Of a stretch of 51,555 nucleotides of DNA, positions 18,273-27,749 are shown in pieces (positions within the stretch are counted from its first letter, which is position 1; each line of letters opens with the position of its first letter). Location of the stretch: the NCBI GenBank assembly GCA_043743415.1, contig JAYTWO010000074.1, positions 1 through 51,555 on the forward strand. Reading direction: 5' to 3'. Made by a program: the position numbers and the translations under genes. The DNA is from Planctomycetota bacterium. GTDB taxonomy: Bacteria > Planctomycetota > Planctomycetia > Planctomycetales > Planctomycetaceae. The notes beneath the pieces are model-generated. The model was given only the letters and a program-made list of their open reading frames with translations, did not search any database and was not told where the DNA came from.

Positions 18273-18755
18273 TTAACGAGCTGGCAACGAGTTTCCCGCC
18301 GTTTGGACATGGGTCTCCGAATGCAGCTTCTTGGCCGACACGAGTTTTTGGTACATCGGGGCAGGCTGCATAAAGCCTTCGAATCGCCCCAGGAGGTCGG
18401 CCTCGGGACTGAGGATGATCGTGCAGGGGAGCGACTTCACGTCGAGGATCTTGGCCACTTTCTCTTGTTCATCCACATCGATGTGGACGGAAATAAATGT
18501 GCTGTTGATGTACTTGGCCAATTGAGGATTGGTGAGTGTGGTCTTCTCGAGCTTCTTGCAGAATCCGCACCACTCGGCCCCGAAGACGAGCATGATCGGC
18601 TTGTTCTGCTGGAGGGCGACCTTGTGGGCGTCCTTGAGGCTCTTCTGCCAGGTGATGGCTGGGGACGCTGGGTCACTGGCCCACGTCCGGGAACCGAACC
18701 CGAGGCAAATCCCCAGAGTCCCCAGCAGGGCACTGCGACGTGTCAAATGGTTCAT
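18273..18755 (-). CDS. Exported thioredoxin-fold protein (CxxC)
   Basis: I chose the ATG at 18755, preceded by GAAGGA. TAT-like signal MNHLTRRSALLGTLG. Active site WCGFCKKLEK. Confidence 0.85.
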   Translation of the reverse strand: MNHLTRRSALLGTLGICLGFGSRTWASDPASPAITWQKSLKDAHKVALQQNKPIMLVFGAEWCGFCKKLEKTTLTNPQLAKYINSTFISVHIDVDEQEKVAKILDVKSLPCTIILSPEADLLGRFEGFMQPAPMYQKLVSAKKLHSETHVQTAGNSLPAR

Positions 18756-19330
18756 CTGTTGTCCTTCTGGGGAACCTGACTGTGGCGAGATGGGGGCCAA
18801 TGCGGCGCGTGGCTTACCAGACTAATCGGCACAACCGATAGATCAGGTGCGTGGGAATTGCACCTGCGCCAGCCTTTTCCCAGATTGCCTGGGTTCTCCC
18901 CCGTTGGAAAGGCGGTCGATTTCGGCACACGTTCCACGCATTGACGCAGTGGGATTCGGTCTGTGAGATTCACCCCGCGCTGCCTTCGGGTCGCAACCGA
19001 AGGAGAAAGCAGTCAGCCAGAAAACCCTCCTCGTCGAGATGGCCTCTGCACCCTGAAGGGGTGAAACATCACAGCCCAGGGGCGCGACCGCAGGGAGCGC
19101 ACCCTGGGGCAGGTCTCGCGGGAATGAACCCTGAAAGGGCAGGGCTTCCAAAGTGTGAACATCAGCAATTTCTGGCTCTTCCGGCCTGAAAGGCCATCCG
19201 TTCTCCCAGCCAGGGTTGAAGGCCCTGGACATCGGCGGGGTCTGTGATTTGAGGGCTGAAAGCCCGGCCATTCGGGAGCGTGGTGCCGTCTGGAAAGCGA
19301 ACGGCGAATGAAAACCTACCCGCCAGACTT

Positions 19331-19372
19331 CCGAAGTCTCAGTAGACTTCGGAAGTCTGGCGGCTACAGTCG
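19331..19372. repeat. 42-nt perfect palindrome CGCCAGACTTCCGAAGTCT-CAGT-AGACTTCGGAAGTCTGGCG (family 2 core)
   Basis: 19-nt arms, and each arm is itself palindromic. Same core as 6903-6936. Confidence 0.9.
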
Positions 19373-19383
19373 TTAGAATTCTG

Positions 19384-19404
19384 ACGAATTCTGAGACCCA
19401 ATTC
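19384..19404. repeat. Family 3 palindrome (AGAATTC-TGAC-GAATTCT)
   Basis: Related to 21754-21775 and to the arms at 44471-44499 and 44549-44577. Confidence 0.75.
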
Positions 19405-19499
19405 TTGGCCGTGACGCCACGTGGGTCATCGACCCCGGGTGATCGCAACCAGTCTCGGTCGACGAACTCCGCTCCGCCCGTTCCATTAGGATCTCAGCC

Positions 19500-20075
19500 A
19501 TGCCTCACCCAGTTCTCATCATCGTCGGTGACGCCTCCGAAACGGTCGACACCCTCTACCCGTATTACCGCCTGCAAGAGGACGGCTTCGTCCCGGTCAT
19601 CGCAGCTCCGGAGAAGCGGACGTATCAGATGGTGCTGCATGAGGTGCGTCCCGGCTGGACGATCACACGGGAGTGGGAAGGGTATCAGATCAAGGCGGAT
19701 GTGGCGTTCAGCGAGATTCGCGAGGAGGAGTACCTGGGCATCTTCTTCAGCGGTGGGCGGGCTCCGGAGTACATTCGGTACGACACCGACCTCGTGCGAA
19801 TCACGCGGCATTTCTTTGAGAAGAACAAGCCCGTGGCCAGCGTCTGCCACGGCGTCGAGATCCCGGCGTATGCGGGCTGCGTGAAGGGTCGCCAGATGGC
19901 GACCGTCCCCAAGTGCCGGTTCGATCTGGAAGCCTGTGGCGGGACGTTCGTGGATGCCCCGTGCGTGGTGGATGGCAACCTCGTCAGCGGGCGGACCTTC
20001 CACGATCACGGGCACTACATGGGGGCCTGGATGAAGTTGCTGAACGCGGCCCGGAGCCGGGGGCGTGGCACATGA
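19500..20075 (+). CDS. DJ-1/PfpI-family protein (intracellular protease/glyoxalase-like)
   Basis: 191 aa. The nucleophile-elbow context KPVASVCHGVEIPAYAG is typical of the family. Confidence 0.9.
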   Translation: MPHPVLIIVGDASETVDTLYPYYRLQEDGFVPVIAAPEKRTYQMVLHEVRPGWTITREWEGYQIKADVAFSEIREEEYLGIFFSGGRAPEYIRYDTDLVRITRHFFEKNKPVASVCHGVEIPAYAGCVKGRQMATVPKCRFDLEACGGTFVDAPCVVDGNLVSGRTFHDHGHYMGAWMKLLNAARSRGRGT

Positions 20076-20077
20076 AT

Positions 20078-20124
20078 GCTCCGCTTTGAAGACTTCGCGT
20101 CGCGGATCATCGGGAGCGTGGCCT
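20078..20124. repeat. Repeat family 5, copy 2
   Basis: GCTCCGCTTTGAAGACTTCGCGTCGCGGATCATCGGGAGCGTGGCCT starts 3 nt after the stop at 20075. Matches 8396-8440. Confidence 0.75.
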
Positions 20125-20296
20125 TTCCAATGCCGCTTCTGGTATCCTGATGGACTCCGCGGGGGCGTTTGATGAAACGTCCCGTTGAGGGGGTTACAGC
20201 GCCTCGGCACGGTGTTGCCAGTGTAGAATCTCAATGGCGGGACTCGTCGCGAATCGCCCCTTCCCCGTGGGGCCAGACCCTTGTAGGATCAACCAG

Positions 20297-21754
20297 ATGT
20301 CCACTATTGTCGCTTCAGGTGCCGAAGACGGTGGCCACAACAAGCGAGTTGCTGAGAACTACCGCCGTGGTGTCGAGGCCATCGAAAAGAAGAACTGGGA
20401 TCTCGCCATCGAGAACTTCCGGATTGCCTCGCTGATCGTGAGTGACAACCTCGTCTATCGCCAATTGCTCCGCAGCGCCACTCGCAAGAAGTACAACGAC
20501 AACGGCACCGGCGCGGGCATGCTGGCCAAGACCAAGCTGATGGGCATTCGGAGCCGCATTACCGCTTCGAAAAAGAAGAACGACTGGGCCGATGTCGACA
20601 AGGCGGCGGAAGAGGGGCTGCTGATTAACCCCTGGGATGTGCCACTGCTGGCAGACTTGGGGGAAGCCCACAAGAACCTGAACAGCCTCAACATCGCCAG
20701 GGAGTCGTACAAGCTGGCCTGCATGGGGGACAAGACCAACAAGGATCTGTTGCGAAAACTCGGTGCGATTCTTGAGGAAAAAAAGGAGTATGACGAGGCG
20801 GCCAGTGCTTGGGAGCAGGTGCTCAAGCTCGACCCTCTGGATGGTGAAGCCCGCAACAAGATCACCGCAATGCACACCCTCAAGACCACTCATCGCGGCG
20901 GTTATGAGAATGCGACATCGACCCTGGATGTGTCGGTCAACAAAGACGAGAAGAAGACCAAGACCGCCTACGACGACTACGCCACCGGTGGCCTGTCTCA
21001 GTCCAAGGGCTTGGCCCCTGGCGAATCGCTGGAGAACGACCTGAAGCAGGCGATCCGCAAAGAACCCAACAACGTCGCCAACTACGCCAAACTGGCCACC
21101 CACTACCGCAAGAACAAGCAGCTGGACGAGGCGTTCGAGACTCTGACCACCGCGCTGCAGATCTCAGGCAATTCGCCGGATGTGCGGGAGTTGCTGGAGG
21201 ATGTCGAGCTGGACAAGCTAAAGCTCAACGTCGACCTCGGCAAGGCGAAAGCGGCCAAGTCGAACGACCCGACGATGCGCGAGAACATCGCCGCCCTGGC
21301 CCAGGACATGCTGAAGCGCGAGATCGAAATCTTCAGTGCCCGCGTCGAACGCTACCCGCAAGACATGAACCGCAAGTACGAACTCGCCACGCGGTTCATG
21401 CGGGTGCAGAAGTGGTCCTTGGCGATTCCGCTGCTCCAACGAGCCAGTCAGGATCCCCGCCTGAAGGGCAAGGCACTCCTCAAGCTGGGTATGTGTTTCA
21501 TTTACGACAAGAAGCTGCCGCTGGCTCGAGGGCAACTGGAGCGTGCGGCCCCGGACATGGACGTCAACAACGATCCCGATTCGTACAAAGAGTGCCACTA
21601 CTGGCTGGGGCGGGTGCTGGAGCAACTGGGTGACAAGTCCACCGCCGAGAAGCACTACGGGGACGTGCTGGTCGTGGACTACGACTTCAAGGACACCCGC
21701 GATCGCCTGGAAAAGCTCCAGGGCGGGCCAAGTACCGATGCGGCTCTGGAGTAG
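20297..21754 (+). CDS. TPR-repeat protein
   Basis: Repeated TPR-like helices (e.g. WDLAIENFRIA..., YDEAASAWEQVLKLDPLDGEA, AEKHYGDVLVVDYDFKD). The start is ambiguous. An in-frame ATG at 20234 is an alternative. Confidence 0.8.
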   Translation: MSTIVASGAEDGGHNKRVAENYRRGVEAIEKKNWDLAIENFRIASLIVSDNLVYRQLLRSATRKKYNDNGTGAGMLAKTKLMGIRSRITASKKKNDWADVDKAAEEGLLINPWDVPLLADLGEAHKNLNSLNIARESYKLACMGDKTNKDLLRKLGAILEEKKEYDEAASAWEQVLKLDPLDGEARNKITAMHTLKTTHRGGYENATSTLDVSVNKDEKKTKTAYDDYATGGLSQSKGLAPGESLENDLKQAIRKEPNNVANYAKLATHYRKNKQLDEAFETLTTALQISGNSPDVRELLEDVELDKLKLNVDLGKAKAAKSNDPTMRENIAALAQDMLKREIEIFSARVERYPQDMNRKYELATRFMRVQKWSLAIPLLQRASQDPRLKGKALLKLGMCFIYDKKLPLARGQLERAAPDMDVNNDPDSYKECHYWLGRVLEQLGDKSTAEKHYGDVLVVDYDFKDTRDRLEKLQGGPSTDAALE

Positions 21755-21775
21755 CAGAATTCGTCAGAATTCTGC
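21754..21775. repeat. Family 3 palindrome GCAGAATTCGTCAGAATTCTGC
   Basis: Overlaps the last base of the TPR gene stop codon. Confidence 0.75.
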
Positions 21776-21844
21776 CGTCCCCAGTCCAGCAGAGTCATCT
21801 TTCGTTCCGCGACAGGCGACTCTCTCGTCAGGTGATTGCATTAA

Positions 21845-21981
21845 GGCGAGCGGCAACTCGTGTTTTACCCGTGGGATAGGCTTCCAGCCTGTCGTTTCAC
21901 TTAAGAATGACAGGCTGGAAGCCTATCCCACGAGAATGACAGGCTGGAAGCCTATCCCACGGGATTGTTTCATCCGCCGAT
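21845..21981. repeat. 137-bp composite family-1 REP element, inverted relative to 18021-18156
   Basis: The flanks and loop are reverse complements of the 18021-18156 copy. The tandemly duplicated arm is again on the plus-strand 3' side, with spacer AGAAT. Confidence 0.9.
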
Positions 21982-21984
21982 TGC

Positions 21985-22323
21985 CTAATACCTCGGCACC
22001 GTGGGATCAATCTCCAGCGACCATTGCTCGATCCCACCGGCCAGGCTGCGAGCCTTGTCAAACCCGCTCTTGCGGAGCCAGTTCGCGACGCGCAGGCTGC
22101 GTCCGCCGTGGTGGCAGTGGACGATGATTTCGCGATGCTTGTGGGGTTCGAGTTCGGCCACGCGGGCGGCGAGTTCGCTCATCGGCAGCAGCGTGGCCCC
22201 GGCGATGTGGCAGGTCTCGTACTCGGTCGCCTCGCGGCAGTCGATGAAGAAAAAGTCGTCTTGGGCCTCCAGACGCCGATTTGTGGTGGCACAGTCAATT
22301 TCGATCGGGAGCGGGGCGGACAT
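21985..22323 (-). CDS. Rhodanese-like single-domain sulfurtransferase
   Basis: I chose the ATG at 22323 (MSAPLPIEIDC...). Active-site loop IVHCHHGGRSLRVANWL. Confidence 0.9.
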   Translation of the reverse strand: MSAPLPIEIDCATTNRRLEAQDDFFFIDCREATEYETCHIAGATLLPMSELAARVAELEPHKHREIIVHCHHGGRSLRVANWLRKSGFDKARSLAGGIEQWSLEIDPTVPRY

Positions 22324-22370
22324 CGGGGGACTCTCTGGAACGGTGGGGAAACCATAGTGGCCATTGTGGT

Positions 22371-22409
22371 ACGACGCTCCGCGTCGTAAGACACGACGCG
22401 GAGCGTCGT
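22371..22409. terminator. Perfect 17-bp stem hairpin downstream of the 750-aa esterase gene
   Basis: ACGACGCTCCGCGTCGT-AAGAC-ACGACGCGGAGCGTCGT. Each arm is itself palindromic. It lies 12 nt after the stop at 22421 (minus strand). There is no clear U-tract. Confidence 0.45.
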
Positions 22410-22420
22410 GCGACAATGCC

Positions 22421-24673
22421 TTACTGCATCTGCTTCTGGAGCCACTCGCGCAGCTGAGTGCGGGCGGGACTGGGGCGGAGGGCCCACTGGTCGCTGTGGT
22501 TGAGGAAACCGGTGGTGGCGAAGGTGAAGTCGCCCTTCACGCCGGACTTCTCGATGAACTCCTTCGCTTGGTCGGAGAGCGCGGGGCCAGCGGTCGGCGA
22601 CTCGCTGATGATGAACTGCGGCTTGTGGCCTAACCGCTTCAGCCGCTCGACCGCCGAAGCTGCGTCACTCTGGGGGAATGGCCAGTCGCCGACCCCGTCG
22701 TAATGGCTGAAGCAGACGGCTGCTTTCCAGCGTCCAGCGGCCTCATCGGTGGAGAGGCCGACCGCGTTCACGGCGATTGATCCGCGCGAGAAGCCAACGA
22801 GGATGACGCGGTCGGGGTCGCCGTTGTACTTTTCGCAGGTCTCGGCGATGGCTGCCTTCATGTACTTAACGGTCGCTGTGGAGTCATACGTCGGAGCCTC
22901 ACCCCACCACTGTGTTACGATCGACTTCCCGTCACCGCTCAGGAACGGGAGGCTCAAACAGATTGCCCCATGACTACCTGCCAGACCGTACGCCAGCTGG
23001 CACGCAATGGGCTGTCCCAAAGAGACATCGCCGCGATCATTGCGGAACGGGCCGTTCCCGGTCCATTCGACGAGAATCGGCCACTTCTGGTGGCCGCTGT
23101 GGTTCGTGGGCAGATAGAGCGTGTGCAGAACACTGGCTGACTCGAACCCTGAAGCGGTGAGGATGCTGCGGCGTCCGGGAGCAGCCCCTTCGTCGGTGGG
23201 AAGTGGTCCCACCATATCTGGAGCGACATCCCGCATGTCGCTCGGTTCGTGCGACAACGTGGCGACGGGCACGAGCCGCACCTGCCGCATGTCCATCACG
23301 GCTCCCTTGGCGAGCTTCTGGCACTTGAGCGAGACGGTCTGCACGCCCAGTTCTTTGAGCGTGATCTTCCCAATCTTTCGCCAGATGAAGTTCTGAAAGT
23401 GCCCGGTCTCTGCAACCACAAACGGAACCGCTCCCTCTTTGAATCCCAGCTCAACATCGCTCCCGGCATGCCCGCCACAGCCCTGGAATATCTCGACCTC
23501 GAATTCACCGGGAGTGTCGAGGGCATAGCTCCACTCGGCGTAGTCCTTGGGATTCACCCAGTAGCCGACGGTGTTCTTGTGAGTCAGTGGCTCGAATTGG
23601 AGTTTCTCCCCATGAACCACAGCATCGCGAGCGGAGAGCGTGATCACTCCATCTGGGCCCGGTCGCGAGACAGCGGGAGTTGTCGCGAGCCGAGGCATGC
23701 CGTCGACTTCGAGAGAAATCGTCGCATCCGCTGGAACGTCCGACTTCAACTTGATCGTCCACTCACTCGGGGATTGAGACAACGACAGTGAACCCTGGTG
23801 TCCCACATCGGTGGTCCATCTGACACCTCGCACGACGTTATTCAATCGAGGGAACCGCAACTCTCGCTCACCGGATCCCGTCTCCCGAAAGACCACCGAG
23901 TCGAGGGATCGCCAGCACTTTCCCACATTGAGCTTCGACTCCAGTTCTGACCATTTCTTTGCGGGGACTGAGCCGATTATCTCCGCACTCACCACCGGCA
24001 GTATCCGCGTCGCCATCTCGACATGCCCCTTCGGATTCGGGTGATACCCATCCGTCGTCCACTCATTGAGATCGGTCCCGCTCTTCGAGACTTCCGACCA
24101 GGCAGCGAAGTGATCGATCAGCGACACTTGCAACGTCTCAGCCACTTGCCGTACGACCTCAGAGTATTGAGCCAGCCGCACGTTGCAGTGTTCCCCGATT
24201 CCGTTCGGTGCCGACTTCTCGGCATACGCAGGCGGCGTCATCATGATCGGCGTGATCCCCGCGTCTCGCAACCGCTGAACCAGTTGCGACAGATCGGCCC
24301 GGAAGCGGGGGATCGAGATGCGGCTGGCGGTCTTGCCAGCGTCGACAGAACTGTCGTTGTGGCCGTACATGATCGTCACGATCTGCGGCTTCTTCGCGAT
24401 CACATCCTGTTCCAACCGCAACAACCCCTGCCCGGCGGTCTCGCCGCCGACACCGACGTTGATGACCTCACAGTCGGGATGGCCGCCCGCTCGGAGTTGC
24501 CGCTGCAGCTCGGCGGCAAACGTCTCCTCCGCCGTCACCCCAGCCCGAACCCCCTTGGTGATCGAGTCCCCCAGCGTGACGATCCGCAGCGGATCGGCGG
24601 CTGCCAATCCGGCCACGGACAACAGGCATGCGGCACAGAACCAGATCGCACGGCCAGCAAATCGAGTCAGCAT
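22421..24673 (-). CDS. Secreted two-module esterase: N-terminal SGNH/GDSL hydrolase + C-terminal alpha/beta-hydrolase
   Basis: Signal peptide. SGNH blocks GDSITKG, GVGGETAG, MYGHNDS and DGYHPN. C-terminal GFSRGS nucleophile elbow. 750 aa. Confidence 0.85.
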   Translation of the reverse strand: MLTRFAGRAIWFCAACLLSVAGLAAADPLRIVTLGDSITKGVRAGVTAEETFAAELQRQLRAGGHPDCEVINVGVGGETAGQGLLRLEQDVIAKKPQIVTIMYGHNDSSVDAGKTASRISIPRFRADLSQLVQRLRDAGITPIMMTPPAYAEKSAPNGIGEHCNVRLAQYSEVVRQVAETLQVSLIDHFAAWSEVSKSGTDLNEWTTDGYHPNPKGHVEMATRILPVVSAEIIGSVPAKKWSELESKLNVGKCWRSLDSVVFRETGSGERELRFPRLNNVVRGVRWTTDVGHQGSLSLSQSPSEWTIKLKSDVPADATISLEVDGMPRLATTPAVSRPGPDGVITLSARDAVVHGEKLQFEPLTHKNTVGYWVNPKDYAEWSYALDTPGEFEVEIFQGCGGHAGSDVELGFKEGAVPFVVAETGHFQNFIWRKIGKITLKELGVQTVSLKCQKLAKGAVMDMRQVRLVPVATLSHEPSDMRDVAPDMVGPLPTDEGAAPGRRSILTASGFESASVLHTLYLPTNHSGHQKWPILVEWTGNGPFRNDRGDVSLGQPIACQLAYGLAGSHGAICLSLPFLSGDGKSIVTQWWGEAPTYDSTATVKYMKAAIAETCEKYNGDPDRVILVGFSRGSIAVNAVGLSTDEAAGRWKAAVCFSHYDGVGDWPFPQSDAASAVERLKRLGHKPQFIISESPTAGPALSDQAKEFIEKSGVKGDFTFATTGFLNHSDQWALRPSPARTQLREWLQKQMQ

Positions 24674-24902
24674 GGGAGCGTCTCAGGAATGTCGGTTGGG
24701 GCGGGATGGAATGGAAAGCATCGACCTGGCCCTCACGGCGTCCACCTTGATGCACAGTATTGTCATCCGGGCGTTTGGAGGGAATGGACTGGCCTGTGGC
24801 AGTCCAGGAAATCCCAGTGAGGCACAGCCGCAACCGCAGGGAAGTTTCCGGCGATCAGTGCTCAGCGATTCGCCGAATATGTCCAGCGAACTCTGGCCTG
24901 TG

Positions 24903-24933
24903 AGGTGCCCCGTCAATGCTTAATCTGTGGGGG
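24903..24933 (-). repeat. Copy D (inverted) of the recurring ~30-nt motif
   Basis: The reverse complement CCCCCACAGATTAAGCATTGACGGGGCACCT shares an exact 15-nt core, GCATTGACGGGGCAC, with copy C. Confidence 0.55.
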
Positions 24934-25511
24934 CGAGTCCCTCGGGAGGGCGAGGCTGGGCCGATGACAATTTGGTCTTGACGCAGTGTTTCCTGCCTGA
25001 TGACTTGAGCACGTTTTGCTTCAGAGAATATCGATTTGATGTGTCAATGAGGATGCGGCGAGAGGCTTGGCGAATCAAAAACCGGAAGATCACTCCCTGA
25101 TGTCATGACCAAGTTTTCATCAGCCCAGGGTGGCCCTCCCGGCGGGCTTAGCTCATCCCCAATTCCAAGCCTTGACCAAGCTCTAGGGCCAGCAGCTCTT
25201 CCGCGTTCAGATCCTGTGGTGGAGTCCGTTCCATGCACGATGTCTAACACATCCCGCCCGCCGGTATCATTCGCAATCGACGCACAGTGGGACAGCTCCT
25301 CCGAAGCCTGCCGCCAACCGTAACGCGATGTCCTCGACTTCCTCACGACCACCCTCGAAGCCCAAAACCACCACCACTCCACCCCCTCACTGCTGCCCGC
25401 CGAGAGCCCCGTCACACGGCCGGGGTGTGAATGGTTACGTCGACGGGCCATTCACAACACCGATGCCTCATGTGAGTCTCACAGGATCGACATCTGGTGC
25501 TTGCCAGGCAC

Positions 25512-27749
25512 TCACGGGTTCGGTGTGGTCGCTGGGGCGGAACTCTTCAGCAGGGTGGACAGACCTTCGGAGTTCGGGCCTTGGACTCCGACGACGCTGG
25601 CCAGCGCGGCTCGCACCGCGAGATCTTGTTCTCCGTTCCAGGCGGCGACCAGTTGCTTCCGCAGATCCTCCGAGAGAGTGGATTGGTGGCGGCGGATGTG
25701 GGCAGCGGTCAAAGTGGCGGCCAAGGCACGTTTCGGCGCGGGGTAGTTGGTGTTGATCGCAGCTTCGGCCAGACGGGTTTGAACTCCTGCATTTGGAATC
25801 GCACTGAGTGCAATGAGTACGTCATCTCCCAGGTCGGTTTGTGGGAGAGCCTGCACGAGCGAACTCTCGGCGGGGGTCAGGTCGTACACGTGCGTGCGGC
25901 TTTCGGCGATCTGGCGGAGCCACTTCGCCGCCTGCTTCGACTGGTTCGACTGCTGGGCGGGGGAGAGGGTCGGCGGTTCTATCTGGGCCAAGAACGGACT
26001 CAGTTGGCGGGTGAGATCGATCGACCGCACGGACTCTTCGACATAAGTAATCAGCGGATCACGAGCGAGCAGGTGCTCGACCGTATGGCGGAACCCGTGC
26101 GGACCGTAGATCGCAATCGGCAGGCTTTTGGTTCGCGAATCGGCCCGGAAGTTGGCAATCGTCGGTGACAGATCCCAGCGAATCGTGTTCAGGTGCAGCA
26201 CGGCCAGTTCCATATCGCCCTGGGTGGCGGCCGCTTCAAAACCTGCGGCCCCCGTGGGAAGGATTTGGGCGTCGTAACCCATCTCGATTAGGAACCCGGC
26301 CATCGTCGATCCGCGTGTGTTGTTCGGGTCAATCACGACTCCATTGGCACGCGCATCGGCTTGCAGGGCACGGGCCAGAATCTCCACCACGCGATGGGAT
26401 CCTGGGAACGGCTGTTGTGGATCCCACTGCAGAATCGTTTCCGCAGCCGCAAACTGCACCCGCTGGGAGGGGTGATCGAGAGCGGCATGCACCGCTCCGC
26501 GTCGACCGCCAGACCGCAGCAGCGACGCCGATCCATTCTGAGCCAGCGCCCGCACCAGTGACTCCGCAGCTGCGATATTGCCCATCTCGTTGGCCACGGC
26601 CAGGGCTTCGAGGCAGGCCGATGATCCAGCGAGAATGGCGACCTCCAGCGCGGAGCCGGGACCGCTGGGGATCGGCTGATCCCAGCCAGCGGCCTCGATG
26701 CCGCGGGTCAGTAGCGTGTTCAAGAGTACGCTCTGTGCCCGGGGATCGGTCGAGGTCAAATCGAGCGACTGTCGGGCAAACATCTCGGCTCGGAAGATGG
26801 CTGCGGAGTGCGGGGAGACGCGGCGTTCGACCAGGCTGGCGGAGGTCTCGTCGCGGACCCAGACGGGAACGAGTCCGTCCTCCTCGGGCTCGATGACGGT
26901 CTCGCCCTTCAGGAGTTTCTCGGCAACAGATCGCAACTGAGCGGCGGCACCGAAGCCTTCGAGGCGACCGGCCAGGTTCGGGTCTTTGTAGATCAACCGC
27001 GAGAGGGCCCGGCGGGCGGTGTCGCGCAGCCCGGGTTCGCTCTCTGCCGAGAAAGCTGGCGCATACAGGAACGGGGCATCGGACTTGGTGGCCACCCAGC
27101 CGAAGGCATCCACGGCGAGCAACTGCTGGGCTTCGTCGCCGTGGAACAGATAGCCAATCAGCGGGGCCACGGCGGGTTCGCCCATGCGAGTGAGGGCGAT
27201 GAACGCCTGTTCGCGATCGACGCCCGATGCCGGGTCGGCTGCAGCTTGGACGAGTCGCGAGGCTGCGGGGGCACCGAGGTGTTGCAAATCGCGGATGGCG
27301 AGGTCGGCCTCGCGCGGCGAACCGGAGAGATTCTTGAGCACTTTGTCCAGGAACACCGGATCGTTGGCCTGCCGGGTGCTGGCCGCGTTGAGGCGTTCGA
27401 GGAGTTCGGTCGCCGGGGGATTCAATTCCGGGAAGCGGGCCAACTGGAGAAACGTGTTAGTCCCATGCTGAGTCCGGAAGCCAATCAGCGTGTCATCGTC
27501 AGGATCGAGAGCGAGCAGGCCCTCGATGTATTTTTTGGCGGCCTCGGGCCGCGCAATCTTCATGGTGAACAGCACGGCGTTCATGTACTCGTCTGCCGTG
27601 GTCGGCTCCTTGACGAGTGGTGACGCCTCCGTCGCCGCCGCAGCCGGGAGGGCCTCGGGGGCAGCGGGATCCTGAGCCACGACGCGCGTGGGACGCACGA
27701 GCCATGCGGCCAGGAGCAGAATGAGCAGCGTGCAGTGGCGGGAAATCAT
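25512..27749 (-). CDS. Secreted helical-repeat (HEAT/ARM-like) hypothetical protein
   Basis: 745 aa. Signal peptide MISRHCTLLILLLAAWLVRPTRVVA. Ala/Leu-rich helical repeats. No catalytic motif recognised. Confidence 0.75.
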   Translation of the reverse strand: MISRHCTLLILLLAAWLVRPTRVVAQDPAAPEALPAAAATEASPLVKEPTTADEYMNAVLFTMKIARPEAAKKYIEGLLALDPDDDTLIGFRTQHGTNTFLQLARFPELNPPATELLERLNAASTRQANDPVFLDKVLKNLSGSPREADLAIRDLQHLGAPAASRLVQAAADPASGVDREQAFIALTRMGEPAVAPLIGYLFHGDEAQQLLAVDAFGWVATKSDAPFLYAPAFSAESEPGLRDTARRALSRLIYKDPNLAGRLEGFGAAAQLRSVAEKLLKGETVIEPEEDGLVPVWVRDETSASLVERRVSPHSAAIFRAEMFARQSLDLTSTDPRAQSVLLNTLLTRGIEAAGWDQPIPSGPGSALEVAILAGSSACLEALAVANEMGNIAAAESLVRALAQNGSASLLRSGGRRGAVHAALDHPSQRVQFAAAETILQWDPQQPFPGSHRVVEILARALQADARANGVVIDPNNTRGSTMAGFLIEMGYDAQILPTGAAGFEAAATQGDMELAVLHLNTIRWDLSPTIANFRADSRTKSLPIAIYGPHGFRHTVEHLLARDPLITYVEESVRSIDLTRQLSPFLAQIEPPTLSPAQQSNQSKQAAKWLRQIAESRTHVYDLTPAESSLVQALPQTDLGDDVLIALSAIPNAGVQTRLAEAAINTNYPAPKRALAATLTAAHIRRHQSTLSEDLRKQLVAAWNGEQDLAVRAALASVVGVQGPNSEGLSTLLKSSAPATTPNP

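Noticed and set aside
18843-19448. 201-aa ORF in the thioredoxin / DJ-1 gap.
   Set aside because: It reads straight through the palindromes and TGAA-loop hairpins, has a non-protein-like composition and has no start context. I treat it as a repeat-derived pseudo-ORF.
25044-25451. 135-aa ORF, plus the plus-strand ORFs 25105..25323 and 25328..25756, in the 24674-25511 gap.
   Set aside because: No motifs, Trp/Arg/Ser-rich composition, and mutually overlapping frames. They are probably non-coding.
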